Shown in pieces: positions 1 through 9,467 of a stretch of 64,000 nt of DNA (positions are counted from its first letter, which is position 1; each line of letters opens with the position of its first letter). This stretch comes from Thermoplasmata archaeon (GTDB lineage Archaea > Thermoplasmatota > Thermoplasmata > RBG-16-68-12), in assembly GCA_035283405.1 (NCBI GenBank), contig DATEUA010000141.1, positions 8,984 to 72,983 on the forward strand. Reading direction: 5' to 3'. The position numbers and the translations under genes are program-made. Below the pieces are notes generated by a model. The model searched no databases and was not told where the DNA came from. It saw only the letters and a program-made list of their open reading frames with translations.

Positions 1-321
1 CACGACCCGGCCGATCTCCCTGGCGACGCGGAGGGCGTCGGGCCCTCCCGCTTCGAGGACCTCCTTCGCCGTCGGGGCCTCCACGTACTCCATCACGATC
101 CGCGTGTCCTGGAGGTCGATGTCGTAGAGAATCGGCACGGACACCCCAGCCGACCGCGCCTCGGCTATGAGCCTCGTCTCCATTACGATGCGGGCCTTCC
201 GCAGCTCGTCGTCCAGCGCTGCGAGGCGGTACCCTTTCGAGACCCGCGCCTTCTCGACGGCCGCGAGACCGAGGTACGTCGTCGTCCGAAGCTCGGCTTC
301 CGCGCCTCGCTTGAGGAGCAT
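1..321 (-). CDS. bud32: KEOPS complex kinase/ATPase Bud32, 5' part (runs off window edge)
   Basis: Manual translation from ATG at 321: MLLKRGAEAELRTTTYLGLAAVEKARVSKGYRLAALDDELRKARIVMETRLIAEARSAGVSVPILYDIDLQDTRIVMEYVE; GAEA, KxYR and V-P-x-L-Y-D...IVMEY motifs of Bud32. Absent from ORF track because truncated. Confidence 0.9.
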   Translation of the reverse strand, partial: MLLKRGAEAELRTTTYLGLAAVEKARVSKGYRLAALDDELRKARIVMETRLIAEARSAGVSVPILYDIDLQDTRIVMEYVEAPTAKEVLEAGGPDALRVAREIGRVV

Positions 322-368
322 CGTACCGGCGATAGGACTCGTCCTGAAATATCCTCCGAGCGGCGAGG

Positions 369-3300
369 TCACGTCCGTGGGGGCCCCGGCCTGACGCTTT
401 CGCCACACCGACCGCAGAACAACGCACCGATGGGGACGGGGCTCCCGCACCGAGGGCACGCCGTCGACGCGGCTCCCGCTGGGTGGACGACTGCCGGCGA
501 AAGCGGAGCGACCTGCCTTCCGCGGCGACGAAGGACAAGAAGGAGAATCGCGACCGTGGACCCTCCGCTTGCGACGCCGATGACAATCGCGACCCAGACG
601 GTCGGCGGGAGACCGGGGAGCGGAAGGGTGACCTCGAAACCCGCCAAGATTCGTTCGAACATGATATCGACTCGATCGAAGTAGCTTGCGTGGACGGTGA
701 GCCCTAGTATCCAGAAGCGGTCGTGTGGGTCGCTCACGACGATGACAAGCTCCTGTTCGACGCTCGTCGACGCGAAGAAGAGCGTGAAAGCCACGGCTGC
801 GTGGCCCCCGACCACTCGGACCATGATCGACTCGACGAGGTTCGCGTCGGGCCGGGCCGACTGTATTTCGCCGACGACGGCCTCTGCGGTCGAGGTCAGG
901 TAGGACTCCGTCTCCCGGACCGTCACATCAAAGTCCGTATCACCGACGAGCGTCGTCGGGACGGAGTCGTACGTGGGGCCCGTCACGATCAGCTCGATCA
1001 CGGTGTCGTCGCGACGGGAGTCAACTTCCTTCTGCCACGTTTGCGGGACCGGCATGCGGAAACCCGTGGCATGCTCGAACGGTACGAGCCTTGGCGAGAC
1101 GAACAGCTCGGCGGCGCCGATACCGGAGTCCCCGAGATAGTCCGTCACGACGAGCGTTACGATAAACATGCCCTCGAGCGCGTAGGCATGCGTAACGCGC
1201 CTCCCCGAGGCCGTTGACCCGTCGCCAAAGTCCCACGCGTACGACACGACTCGCCCATCCGGATCAACGGATTCGGACGCGTCGAACGTGATTGCCTCTC
1301 CGACCGACGGATCGCTAAGGGATCGAGCGAACCGCGCGATTGGAATCGGCGTGGGCACCGGGTCAATCTTGACCAGGAACGCCTCGGGGGAGATCACGTT
1401 GCGATCAAACGCTCCGGGCGTCGTGATGAAAACGGCCGAGGAAGTATCGCCGGTGAGGTAGGCTGCACCCGCCGGATCGACCGCGACCGCCCAGGCCGCA
1501 TCCCCCGAGTTCCCGCCGAGATACGTCGCATACACGAGGGATCCGACCGCGGGGTCGGCCTTCAGAAGGAAGGCATCGTACGGCTCCCCGAGGACATCCT
1601 GGACGGCCCCTGTCGAGGTTGGGAAATCCGCCGCACTCGTCCACCCGCCGACGAACGCATGGCCGCTCGCATCGATTGCGACGCCATACGCGACGTCGTT
1701 TCCGACCCCGCCGACGTACGACCCGAACAGCAGCAGGTCGCCGCCCCCACTGATCTCGACCAGGAACGCATCGTTCAGCGTGCCGGCGCCGCCCGGATCG
1801 AGATCGCACTGCCCATCGGCGCCGCACGTCGCGTCGAACGCGTTCGCCGTTACAGGCAGGTCGGCCGAGGTCGTTTCGCCCACGATTACGGCACGGCCCG
1901 AGGCGTCGACCGCGATGCCCCGCGCGAACTCCCACCCGGTTCCACCGACGAACGTCGCGTACGTCGGCAAATCGCCCGCCGGGGGCAGCTTCACGACGAA
2001 CGCATCCGTCGCGCCGTTGTGGGTTGTATCGTAGGCTCCCGCGGTCCACGGGAAGCCCGAGGATCCCCCACCCGTGTAGTACGCGTTTCCAGCGGAATCG
2101 ACGGCCACTCCGTAGGCGTGGTCTTCGCCGGCTCCCCCTAGGAACGTAGAGTAGACGAGCGACGACCCGTCCGAAGAGAGCTTCGATGCGAATCCGTCCA
2201 CCAAGGAATCTCCAAAGGACGTGTCGAATGAACCGGCCATCGTGGGGAAGTTCCAGGACCATGTCTCGCCCGCGATGTGAGCATTTCCGGCCGAATCGAC
2301 GGCGACCGCGTACCCGGTATCGAACGTGTCGCCGCCGAGATATGTCGAATAAACGAGAGACGCACCATCCGGCGCGATCTTCGTGACGAACGCGTCCTGG
2401 TTCAGTCCTCGACGGAACGGCTGGTAAGCGCCGGGCGTGACTGGGAAATCCGTGGACCACGTGGAGCCCGTCACGTACGCGTTTCCGAAGCTGTCGACGG
2501 CTATCCCGCCGGGGATGTCCTCCGAGCCACCGCCGAGAATCGTGAAGTAGACGAGGGTCCGGCCATCGGGGCTCACCTTCGCGACGAAAGTGTCGAGGGA
2601 AAGAGTGAAGCCCGCCACGTACGCGTACCCGGAGGCGTCCACGGCGAGCGCCCGTCCCAGGGAACGGTCTCCGAGGAGGGTTGAATAGACGTACGGATCG
2701 AGGACGAGCGTATCGGTTGGATCGTACGGGCCGAGCGCGAAACGCACCGTGTGACCTTCCACGACGTAGGCGACGGGGACGGATGCCCGACCTGAGCGCC
2801 GGTCCTGGAACGCGAACGGCGCCGCATCGACGATATCGCCTGCCTCCGTCCGGAGGACAAGGTCCCCCCGTTCGGCCAGGATTGGGATCGCACCCTCCAC
2901 GTGAACGCGAATCGTCGTGGAATCCGCGAAGGGGGCCACGAGGAAAGCGTACTTGAGCCCCGAGTCGGAAAGCGTGAAGACCAGGTCGATGCCGTCGTAG
3001 AGGGATTCGTAGATGACCTCGTTGTAGCTACGTACACCCACGCGCCATCCGGAGGGAGCAGCCCCAAGGAAGGTGTGGCTCGGGAAGGGCAACTCGCCAC
3101 GACCCCGCGGGACGGCTGGATTCGCGCCGTCGAAGCGAAGACGGAACGATCCTGTGGCGCGCGACGCCCCGAGCGGGTCTCCGCCGGCTCCGAGCGACCC
3201 CGAGGCCTCCGACTCCAGCACGCGCAGGTCGATGTGGCCAGCTGCCAGGGCGATCCCGAGGCCCGACGTCGTCGCGGTGAAGCCCGGCGTGTCCCCGGGC

Positions 3301-3374
3301 GTGCGGCCCGGCTCTTCCGTGAAGAACAGACGCCACGCGGGGAACCCACCCGTGACCGAGGAACGCGGGGACAT
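369..3374 (-). CDS. Cell-surface protein: SBBP beta-propeller repeats, PKD domain, C-terminal TM helix and zinc ribbon
   Basis: Repeated (I/V)AVDxxGNAY(V)TGxTxSxxFPxTxGA(Y/F) and DAFVxK...LVYSTYLGG; PKD motif FDASESVDPDG...YAWDFGDG; hydrophobic helix followed by RRRGR; CPRC...FCGRCG. True start is probably further upstream (see findings). Confidence 0.85.
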   Translation of the reverse strand: MSPRSSVTGGFPAWRLFFTEEPGRTPGDTPGFTATTSGLGIALAAGHIDLRVLESEASGSLGAGGDPLGASRATGSFRLRFDGANPAVPRGRGELPFPSHTFLGAAPSGWRVGVRSYNEVIYESLYDGIDLVFTLSDSGLKYAFLVAPFADSTTIRVHVEGAIPILAERGDLVLRTEAGDIVDAAPFAFQDRRSGRASVPVAYVVEGHTVRFALGPYDPTDTLVLDPYVYSTLLGDRSLGRALAVDASGYAYVAGFTLSLDTFVAKVSPDGRTLVYFTILGGGSEDIPGGIAVDSFGNAYVTGSTWSTDFPVTPGAYQPFRRGLNQDAFVTKIAPDGASLVYSTYLGGDTFDTGYAVAVDSAGNAHIAGETWSWNFPTMAGSFDTSFGDSLVDGFASKLSSDGSSLVYSTFLGGAGEDHAYGVAVDSAGNAYYTGGGSSGFPWTAGAYDTTHNGATDAFVVKLPPAGDLPTYATFVGGTGWEFARGIAVDASGRAVIVGETTSADLPVTANAFDATCGADGQCDLDPGGAGTLNDAFLVEISGGGDLLLFGSYVGGVGNDVAYGVAIDASGHAFVGGWTSAADFPTSTGAVQDVLGEPYDAFLLKADPAVGSLVYATYLGGNSGDAAWAVAVDPAGAAYLTGDTSSAVFITTPGAFDRNVISPEAFLVKIDPVPTPIPIARFARSLSDPSVGEAITFDASESVDPDGRVVSYAWDFGDGSTASGRRVTHAYALEGMFIVTLVVTDYLGDSGIGAAELFVSPRLVPFEHATGFRMPVPQTWQKEVDSRRDDTVIELIVTGPTYDSVPTTLVGDTDFDVTVRETESYLTSTAEAVVGEIQSARPDANLVESIMVRVVGGHAAVAFTLFFASTSVEQELVIVVSDPHDRFWILGLTVHASYFDRVDIMFERILAGFEVTLPLPGLPPTVWVAIVIGVASGGSTVAILLLVLRRRGRQVAPLSPAVVHPAGAASTACPRCGSPVPIGALFCGRCGESVRPGPPRT

Positions 3375-3602
3375 CGAATCCGCTCGAAGGCGGCTGTGTG
3401 GAGCGGGCGAGCCTTTCGAATCGGCTTCGGCGGTCCCCTCAAAGGTCCCCGGCTGGGGGAAAGAGGACAGCGCGTGCAGGAGAACAAGGAACGCAATGAG
3501 TATTGCTGTTACCCGGCCGATCGTGCGGCGACTCCCTCCCGTCGACCGCGGGCAACGGGGGACCGTGTACTAAGGGATTCCGCACATCCGCATGCGCAGG
3601 GG

Positions 3603-5519
3603 TCATTTAACCCCCATCGATGAGCCCCGCGCAGCGGGCACAAGGAACTCGGACACCTCCGCGGCGGGGGCGAGGCTTGCCCGTGGGGCGAAGTCCCCGG
3701 GGAGGTGGCGCGCGTACCTCGGTGTGAGGAGGCGGGCTTCGAGGAGGATAATCGCCGCGCGATCCCGCTCGCTCCGGATCGGCCGTCCGGCGGCCTGGAG
3801 GACCTTGTTCACGGCGGGGAACAAGTACGCGTACGCGTAGCCGCGTTCGGGGCCGAACCGCTTCGCATAGTAATCCTTGAGGGCCTCGACCTCGACGCTC
3901 GGCGGACTCAGGGGGAGGCCCACGACGACGACCGCCGACAGCAGGTTGTTCTCGTAGTCGACGCCCTCGCTCAGAGACCCGCCCTGAACTCCGAGGAGAA
4001 GGGCTCCCCCGTCGTCCCGTGCGATCCGCAACGCCTGCTGGACCGCGTCCCGCCGCGCCTTGTCCCACTCCGGACGCTCGACGATGAGCGGCCTTGCGAC
4101 GACGCCGCGGAGCCGCTCGAGGGACGCGGCCAAGAGCTCGTAGGACGGGAAAAAGGCCGCGACGTTCCCCGGGACCGCGGAAACGATCGAGGCGATCTCC
4201 CGCGCGGTGAGGTCGTGCATCGTTTCGGAGCGCCTCTCGTAGAGGGTCGTGACGTGAGGGTGGACCAGGAGGAGCCGGTTCTCCCTAGGGAACGGGGACG
4301 GGTAGCGCCGGCTTCTTCGCCGGGAGACGGGAAGGCCGAGGAGATCCGCGTACATCTCCGGTGGATGGAGGGTCCCGGACATCAGGATGCTCCCGTGGAC
4401 GCCCGCAAAGATGGGGCCGCTCAGGACGCTTGGATCCAGGAGGCGGAACGCGAACTTGCCCTCGGAGCCGGGAACGAGGAGGCGGAGGATCGCCTCGTCC
4501 CGCTCCCGCCACGTGCGAAGGAAGTCCGCTAGGTCCGGAAGGGCGCCCGCGCGGCCAAGGTGGGCGGCCTCCTCCGCCGCCCAGGCCACCATCTGCGCGA
4601 GGTCCTCGTACGTCCGGTGAGGCCCCGGGAGGCCCCGGAGCGCGTCCTCGACCACATCGACGAACTCTTCCTTCCCCGCGACCCGCTCCGCTCGGAGGGG
4701 CGAGAGATACCGCGTCATCGAGCGAAGGACCGCGGAGAGGCAGTGGGCCGTCTCCGGATCGAAGTCCCGCGCCTCTCGGGCGGCCCGGGCGAGATCCTCA
4801 AGGGACAGGTCCCCGCACAGGTGCGACCGGATGCGATCGGGCAGGTTGTGGGCCTCGTCCACGACGAGGATGAGGTCCTCAAGGGGACGGCCCAGGCGGG
4901 CGAGGAACGGATCGAGGATGTCGCTGAACACGTAGTTGTAGTCACACACGATCACGTGGGCGCCCTCTGCGGCCTCCATCGCGACCTTGTGCGGACAGAC
5001 GCCGCACGCGGTCCCCGCCTGGATCAGCTCCTGCACGTGGAGCGGACGCTGTCGGACCGCGGTCGCGATCGCGCTCGCGTCCTTGCGGAAGAACGTGCAC
5101 GTCCGGTTCCGGACCTTGTCGTCGCAGAAAACGTGGAACGCGCGCCCATGGAGGGGCGCCTCGGGCTGGAGGCACATGAGCTGCTTCGCAATCAGGTCGA
5201 CGACCGCGACGCGGGTACCGAGGGCCTCGAGCCGCTTCAGGGTCTCGATTGCGATCCGATGCTGGCTGTGTCTCGACGTCAGGAAGAGGACGAGCCGGCC
5301 CTGCGCGAGGGCGACCTCGAGGGATGCGACGAGGGCGACGGCCGTCTTCCCGATCCCGGTGGGGGCGTGGGCGAGGAGATGCGTCCCCTCCGAGAGGGCT
5401 CGTCGGGCGTCCTCGAGGAACTCCCGCTGCCCGTCGCGAATCCGATCGAAGGGCCATGGGACGCCCTGGGCGGGTCGCGGGGAAGGCCCCGGCGCCTCGG
5501 TCGGTCGACTCAGTGCCAA
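3603..5519 (-). CDS. XPD/Rad3/DinG-family Fe-S ATP-dependent DNA helicase
   Basis: Q motif IRDGQ, Walker A APTGIGKT, Cys ligands, DEAH box (VVDEAHNL), MSGTL, SEGVD, QAAGRPIR. Start placed at in-frame TTG 5519; the longer ORF overlaps the divergent gene. Confidence 0.9.
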   Translation of the reverse strand: MALSRPTEAPGPSPRPAQGVPWPFDRIRDGQREFLEDARRALSEGTHLLAHAPTGIGKTAVALVASLEVALAQGRLVLFLTSRHSQHRIAIETLKRLEALGTRVAVVDLIAKQLMCLQPEAPLHGRAFHVFCDDKVRNRTCTFFRKDASAIATAVRQRPLHVQELIQAGTACGVCPHKVAMEAAEGAHVIVCDYNYVFSDILDPFLARLGRPLEDLILVVDEAHNLPDRIRSHLCGDLSLEDLARAAREARDFDPETAHCLSAVLRSMTRYLSPLRAERVAGKEEFVDVVEDALRGLPGPHRTYEDLAQMVAWAAEEAAHLGRAGALPDLADFLRTWRERDEAILRLLVPGSEGKFAFRLLDPSVLSGPIFAGVHGSILMSGTLHPPEMYADLLGLPVSRRRSRRYPSPFPRENRLLLVHPHVTTLYERRSETMHDLTAREIASIVSAVPGNVAAFFPSYELLAASLERLRGVVARPLIVERPEWDKARRDAVQQALRIARDDGGALLLGVQGGSLSEGVDYENNLLSAVVVVGLPLSPPSVEVEALKDYYAKRFGPERGYAYAYLFPAVNKVLQAAGRPIRSERDRAAIILLEARLLTPRYARHLPGDFAPRASLAPAAEVSEFLVPAARGSSMGVK

Positions 5520-5640
5520 TCGACACAGTCCAGGGGACCGCCCTATGAAGCCCTGCCGTAGAGGGGACCGCGAAAGTATTCCGTTCGGTCGGATAACCGA
5601 GGGCGCGGTCTTAAGTAACGAGGCGCCGCATCGAACGGCC

Positions 5641-6492
5641 GTGGCCTCCCCGTGCGGCGTGTGCGGCCTCGCGACGGAGGAGCCCGTGTGTCCGCGATGC
5701 CACACGATCCTCCGTCCGGACCAGGCGATCTGCCCGAAATGCGGGAAGATGTTTCGCGGCTCCATCGCGGAGTGCGACGCCTGCGGCGCCGCGATGTCGA
5801 CGGGACCGAAGGCCTCGCCAGACGCGGAGGCCGTCCGCGAGTTCGCCTCCGTGCCCGGAATCTCGGAGGACCGGGCGAAACAACTCGTCGCGCGCGGTTA
5901 TCATGAGTTTTCCGACCTCGTGCGGCTCGCCCTCCCGAAGTCTGCGGTCGCGAAAGGCCTCCACCACGCGATCGCTCGCAGGGTGCTCCTTGCGGGGATC
6001 GGATCGAGGGAGGAGGCCGAGAAGGGCACCCCTTGCCCGTCGTGTGGCACCCCGTGGCCCGTGGCGGCGGAGCGCTGCCTCGTGTGCGGGGCCTCTCCGG
6101 ACGATGCCCTCGACGTGGAGTCCCTCGAGGAAAGGCTCCATGCGGTCACGGGCGAGATCGTGGACCTCACCGCGGACCCGGACTTCCAAGAGATGCCCTC
6201 CCGGGTGAAGGACGAACTCCTGCAGGTCTTCGGAGGGGTCGACGAGACGGAACTCCTGAAGGAAGACTGTCGCCGCCAGATCGAGGCGTGGCGCCGGAAG
6301 GGCTTCGACGTCGCGCCCCTCGAGCGGCTCCTCGAGGAGGATCCGCGGGGGTTCCAGGAGCGGAGCGTGAGGCTCATCCGCACTCAGATGCTGAAAAAAG
6401 CGGAAGGGGGCCGTTTCCGGTGCCCGCTGTGCGAGGTCGCCCTGCCCAGTGTCGCCCGGGAGTGCCCGAACTGCGGCGCGCTCTTCGAGTGA
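5641..6492 (+). CDS. Multi zinc-ribbon protein with helix-hairpin-helix motif
   Basis: GTG at 5641 downstream of TTAAGT; eight CxxC pairs; HhH-like VPGISEDRAKQLVARGY. Confidence 0.75.
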   Translation: MASPCGVCGLATEEPVCPRCHTILRPDQAICPKCGKMFRGSIAECDACGAAMSTGPKASPDAEAVREFASVPGISEDRAKQLVARGYHEFSDLVRLALPKSAVAKGLHHAIARRVLLAGIGSREEAEKGTPCPSCGTPWPVAAERCLVCGASPDDALDVESLEERLHAVTGEIVDLTADPDFQEMPSRVKDELLQVFGGVDETELLKEDCRRQIEAWRRKGFDVAPLERLLEEDPRGFQERSVRLIRTQMLKKAEGGRFRCPLCEVALPSVARECPNCGALFE

Positions 6493-6541
6493 TAGCGGCG
6501 AGGGTAATCCTAAATACGGTCCGGGCCTCCCCCGGGCTGGC

Positions 6542-7258
6542 ATGCGCGGACGCTGGTCCGACTACGCGGCCCCGCCGGTCTACCTCACCCGCGAACCGCC
6601 GAGATCGGGCGTCCGGTTCAGCCGCGAGGAACTCCGCCAGCTCGCCGTCGCGATTCTCGCGCTGAGCGCCGCGATGACCCTCCTGATCGTGCTCGGATAC
6701 CAGCGGGAGGGCCTCCTCGACCCGGACGCCCTTCCACTTCTCGTCTCCGTCTCCTTCGCGACCTCCCTCGTCGCGGTGGCGACCGGGGTCGGACTCCACG
6801 AGATCGCGCACAAGGTGGTCGCCCAGCGATACGGACACTGGGCGGAGTTCCGCTACAATCCGATGGGGCTCGTCCTCGCGTTCGTCTTCGCGGCGGTCGG
6901 GTTCCTGTACGGCGCACCGGGGGCCACGTGGATCTCCGGCACGGTCACGGACGAACAGAACGGCCGGATCAGCGCGGCGGGCCCTCTGACGAACATCGTC
7001 CTGGGGGTGGGCTTCCTCGGGATCTTGACGACGCTCGGCACGGTCGTCACGCGGCCGGGGCTCGGGGACCTGGCGCGCGCGATCGTGAACTTCGCGACGT
7101 TCGTGAACCTCGTCCTCGCGGGGTTCAACATGATCCCCGTGATGCCGCTCGACGGGGCGAAGGTCTGGGCCTGGAACAAGGTCGCCTACGTCGGCATCTT
7201 GGTGACCGTCGTCGGATTGTTCATCCTCGGATTCGTCTCCGGGGTCCTCCGGGTCTGA
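6542..7258 (+). CDS. Site-2 protease (M50 family) intramembrane zinc metalloprotease
   Basis: HEIAH, ISAAGPLTN and FNMIPVMPLDG motifs; several TM segments; ATG at 6542. Confidence 0.92.
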   Translation: MRGRWSDYAAPPVYLTREPPRSGVRFSREELRQLAVAILALSAAMTLLIVLGYQREGLLDPDALPLLVSVSFATSLVAVATGVGLHEIAHKVVAQRYGHWAEFRYNPMGLVLAFVFAAVGFLYGAPGATWISGTVTDEQNGRISAAGPLTNIVLGVGFLGILTTLGTVVTRPGLGDLARAIVNFATFVNLVLAGFNMIPVMPLDGAKVWAWNKVAYVGILVTVVGLFILGFVSGVLRV

Positions 7259-7261
7259 GAC

Positions 7262-8008
7262 TCAGCGGTTCATCCGGGCCGCGAGGTAGCCCGCGCCGAA
7301 CCCATTGTCGATGTTCACGACCGCCACCCCGGGCGCACAGGACGTCATCATGCCGAGGAGGGCTGCGAGCCCGTCGAAGCTCGCCCCGTACCCGACGGAC
7401 GTGGGCACGGCGATTACGGGCGCGGCAACGAGACCCGCGACGACGCTGGGCAGGGCGCCCTCCATGCCCGCCACGACCACGATCGCCTTCGCCTTTCGGA
7501 GGAGGGCCCGACGGTCGAGCAGCCGATGGACTCCCGCCACGCCGACGTCGTACAGGCGAGAGACCTTGGCTCCCATGAGCCGTGCGGTGACGGCGGCCTC
7601 CTCCGCGACGGGGATGTCCGAGGTCCCCGCGGTTATCACGAGGATGTGTCCCGTCCGCGCGGCGGGGGCCTTCCCGACGGACACGATCCGCGCGTCCTCG
7701 TGATACGACATGGGCCGCCCTTTGATCGACGATCGCAGGCGACGGAAAATCGCAGGGGTCGCCCGGGTCGCAAGGACGAGTCCGTGGTGCACGCTCATCG
7801 CGCGGACGATCTCAACGACCTGATCGATCGACTTCCCCGGACAGTAGATGACCTCCGGGAAGCCGCGGCGCAGGTCTCGATGCCGATCGATCTTCGCGTA
7901 GCCCAGGTTTTCGTACGGGAGGTCTCTGAGCCGCTCGACCGCGTCGAGGACGCTCAGCTTCCCGGCCCTCAGGTCCGCCAGGACGGCCTTCACACGGCGC
8001 CCGTCCAT
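7262..8008 (-). CDS. larB: Nickel-pincer cofactor biosynthesis protein LarB (PurE/NCAIR mutase-related)
   Basis: AKIDRHRDLRRGFPEVIYCPGK, AGTSDIPVAEEA, DVGVAGVHRL, AGMEGALPSVV, VPTSVGYG, VVNIDNGFGA. Confidence 0.92.
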   Translation of the reverse strand: MDGRRVKAVLADLRAGKLSVLDAVERLRDLPYENLGYAKIDRHRDLRRGFPEVIYCPGKSIDQVVEIVRAMSVHHGLVLATRATPAIFRRLRSSIKGRPMSYHEDARIVSVGKAPAARTGHILVITAGTSDIPVAEEAAVTARLMGAKVSRLYDVGVAGVHRLLDRRALLRKAKAIVVVAGMEGALPSVVAGLVAAPVIAVPTSVGYGASFDGLAALLGMMTSCAPGVAVVNIDNGFGAGYLAARMNR

Positions 8009-8015
8009 GCCCGCC

Positions 8016-9308
8016 TCACCGGATCTGTTCCCACTTCTCGAGCTCGAGGACGGAACTCAACGTGGCCCCCCGTCGAATCTCCTCCCGGATGCGGTTCTCC
8101 CGCTCGAGGACGTCGAGCGCGCGGTTCGCCATCTCGACGGCCTGTTCCCGAGGCACGACGACGAGTCCCGACTCGTCCCCGACGATCCAGTCCCCCGCGT
8201 GGACGACCTGACCTCCGCACTCGATCTCGCTCCCGATCTCTCCGTGTCCCTTCGGCTCGCCCGCGTGGGGCGCAACGTGTCGGCTGAAACATGGAAAACC
8301 GAGCTCGAGGATTGCGTCGAGGTCCCGCACGGCTCCGTCGATCACGACCCCGGACACGCCCTTCACGAGGCAAGAGTTGCTCGCGAGCTCCCCCCAGACC
8401 GCGGTCGGCCCTCCGCCCGCGTCGATCACGATCACGTCCCCGGGAGTTGCGCGGTCGATCGCCTCGATCGGTTTTGCCCAGTCCCCGTTCGCGGTCTTGA
8501 CCGTGAGTGCGCGCCCGACGAGCTTCGTCCCATGCTTCAGCCGAGGGACCAGGCCGTGGATCACGCCTCGTTTCTGCATCGCGTCCGCCAGGTTCGGGGT
8601 GGACACCTTTCGAAAGGCCTCGCGGACGTCGGGCTCCGAGTACTTCCGGAAAAGACGGGTCGGAACCGGTTTCCTCGCCGCGATGGCCTTCTTGATCCGC
8701 CTCGTCGCGTCCGCGACCTTCTCCGCCTTGATGATCGCGCCTCCGACGATGAGGATCGTCGCGCCGGCCTGGAGGGCCTGCGCCACCGTCTCCGAGTTCA
8801 ACCCGCCGGCCACAGCGATCGGGAGGGAGGTCGCTGCTGCGACCGCCTTCAGTTCGTTGAGGGGGGTCCGTGCGATCATCTGTTCGTCGATCGACACGTG
8901 GAGGTTCAGATAGTCCGCGCCGAGCTTTTCCAGTTGCAGGGCGCGCTTCGGTTTGTCCGCGACCCGCATCAGGTCGACCATGATTTTCGACCCATACCGC
9001 CGGGCCGCCTTGACCGCCTCGGCGATCGTCGCGTCGTCGGTGACGCCCATGACTGTGACGACGTCGGCCCCCGCCTTTGCCGCGATCTCGACCTCGAGAG
9101 CCCCCGTGTCCATCACCTTCAGGTCTGCGACGATCGTCCGCCCGGGGAGCGCCTTGCGAAGCGCGCGGATAGCCTCGACGCCCTCGGACTTGACGAGCGG
9201 CGTCCCCGCCTCGATCCAGTCCGCCCCGCCTTCGACCGCCTCCTTCGCGGCCTGAAGCGCCCGCTTGAGATGCATGAAATCCAACGCGACCTGCAGAATC
9301 GGTTCCAT
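8016..9308 (-). CDS. hxlA: 3-hexulose-6-phosphate synthase fused to an RraA/MenG-like domain
   Basis: N-terminal LQVALD, WIEAGTPL, VADLKVMDTG, AVAGGL; C-terminal STPNLADAM, AVWGELA, DGAVRD, GDWIVGDESG. Confidence 0.88.
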   Translation of the reverse strand: MEPILQVALDFMHLKRALQAAKEAVEGGADWIEAGTPLVKSEGVEAIRALRKALPGRTIVADLKVMDTGALEVEIAAKAGADVVTVMGVTDDATIAEAVKAARRYGSKIMVDLMRVADKPKRALQLEKLGADYLNLHVSIDEQMIARTPLNELKAVAAATSLPIAVAGGLNSETVAQALQAGATILIVGGAIIKAEKVADATRRIKKAIAARKPVPTRLFRKYSEPDVREAFRKVSTPNLADAMQKRGVIHGLVPRLKHGTKLVGRALTVKTANGDWAKPIEAIDRATPGDVIVIDAGGGPTAVWGELASNSCLVKGVSGVVIDGAVRDLDAILELGFPCFSRHVAPHAGEPKGHGEIGSEIECGGQVVHAGDWIVGDESGLVVVPREQAVEMANRALDVLERENRIREEIRRGATLSSVLELEKWEQIR

Positions 9309-9467
9309 CGCGGACCGAGCTAACGTCACCCTGTCGATAAAAACATATCGCGCGACGCCGGGGGGATTCGCGATGCGTCCGACCCATGACGGGCGGCCTC
9401 GTTTCAGAATTGATACTCGTCGCGGTCACCTCATATATCGAGGGTCCGGATAATTCGGACGACGAAG

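Noticed and set aside
1400..2700. Regularly spaced repeated DNA words, considered as a possible CRISPR or tandem array
   Set aside because: Degenerate and in frame; explained by SBBP protein repeats. No identical repeat-spacer structure or cas genes in the window.
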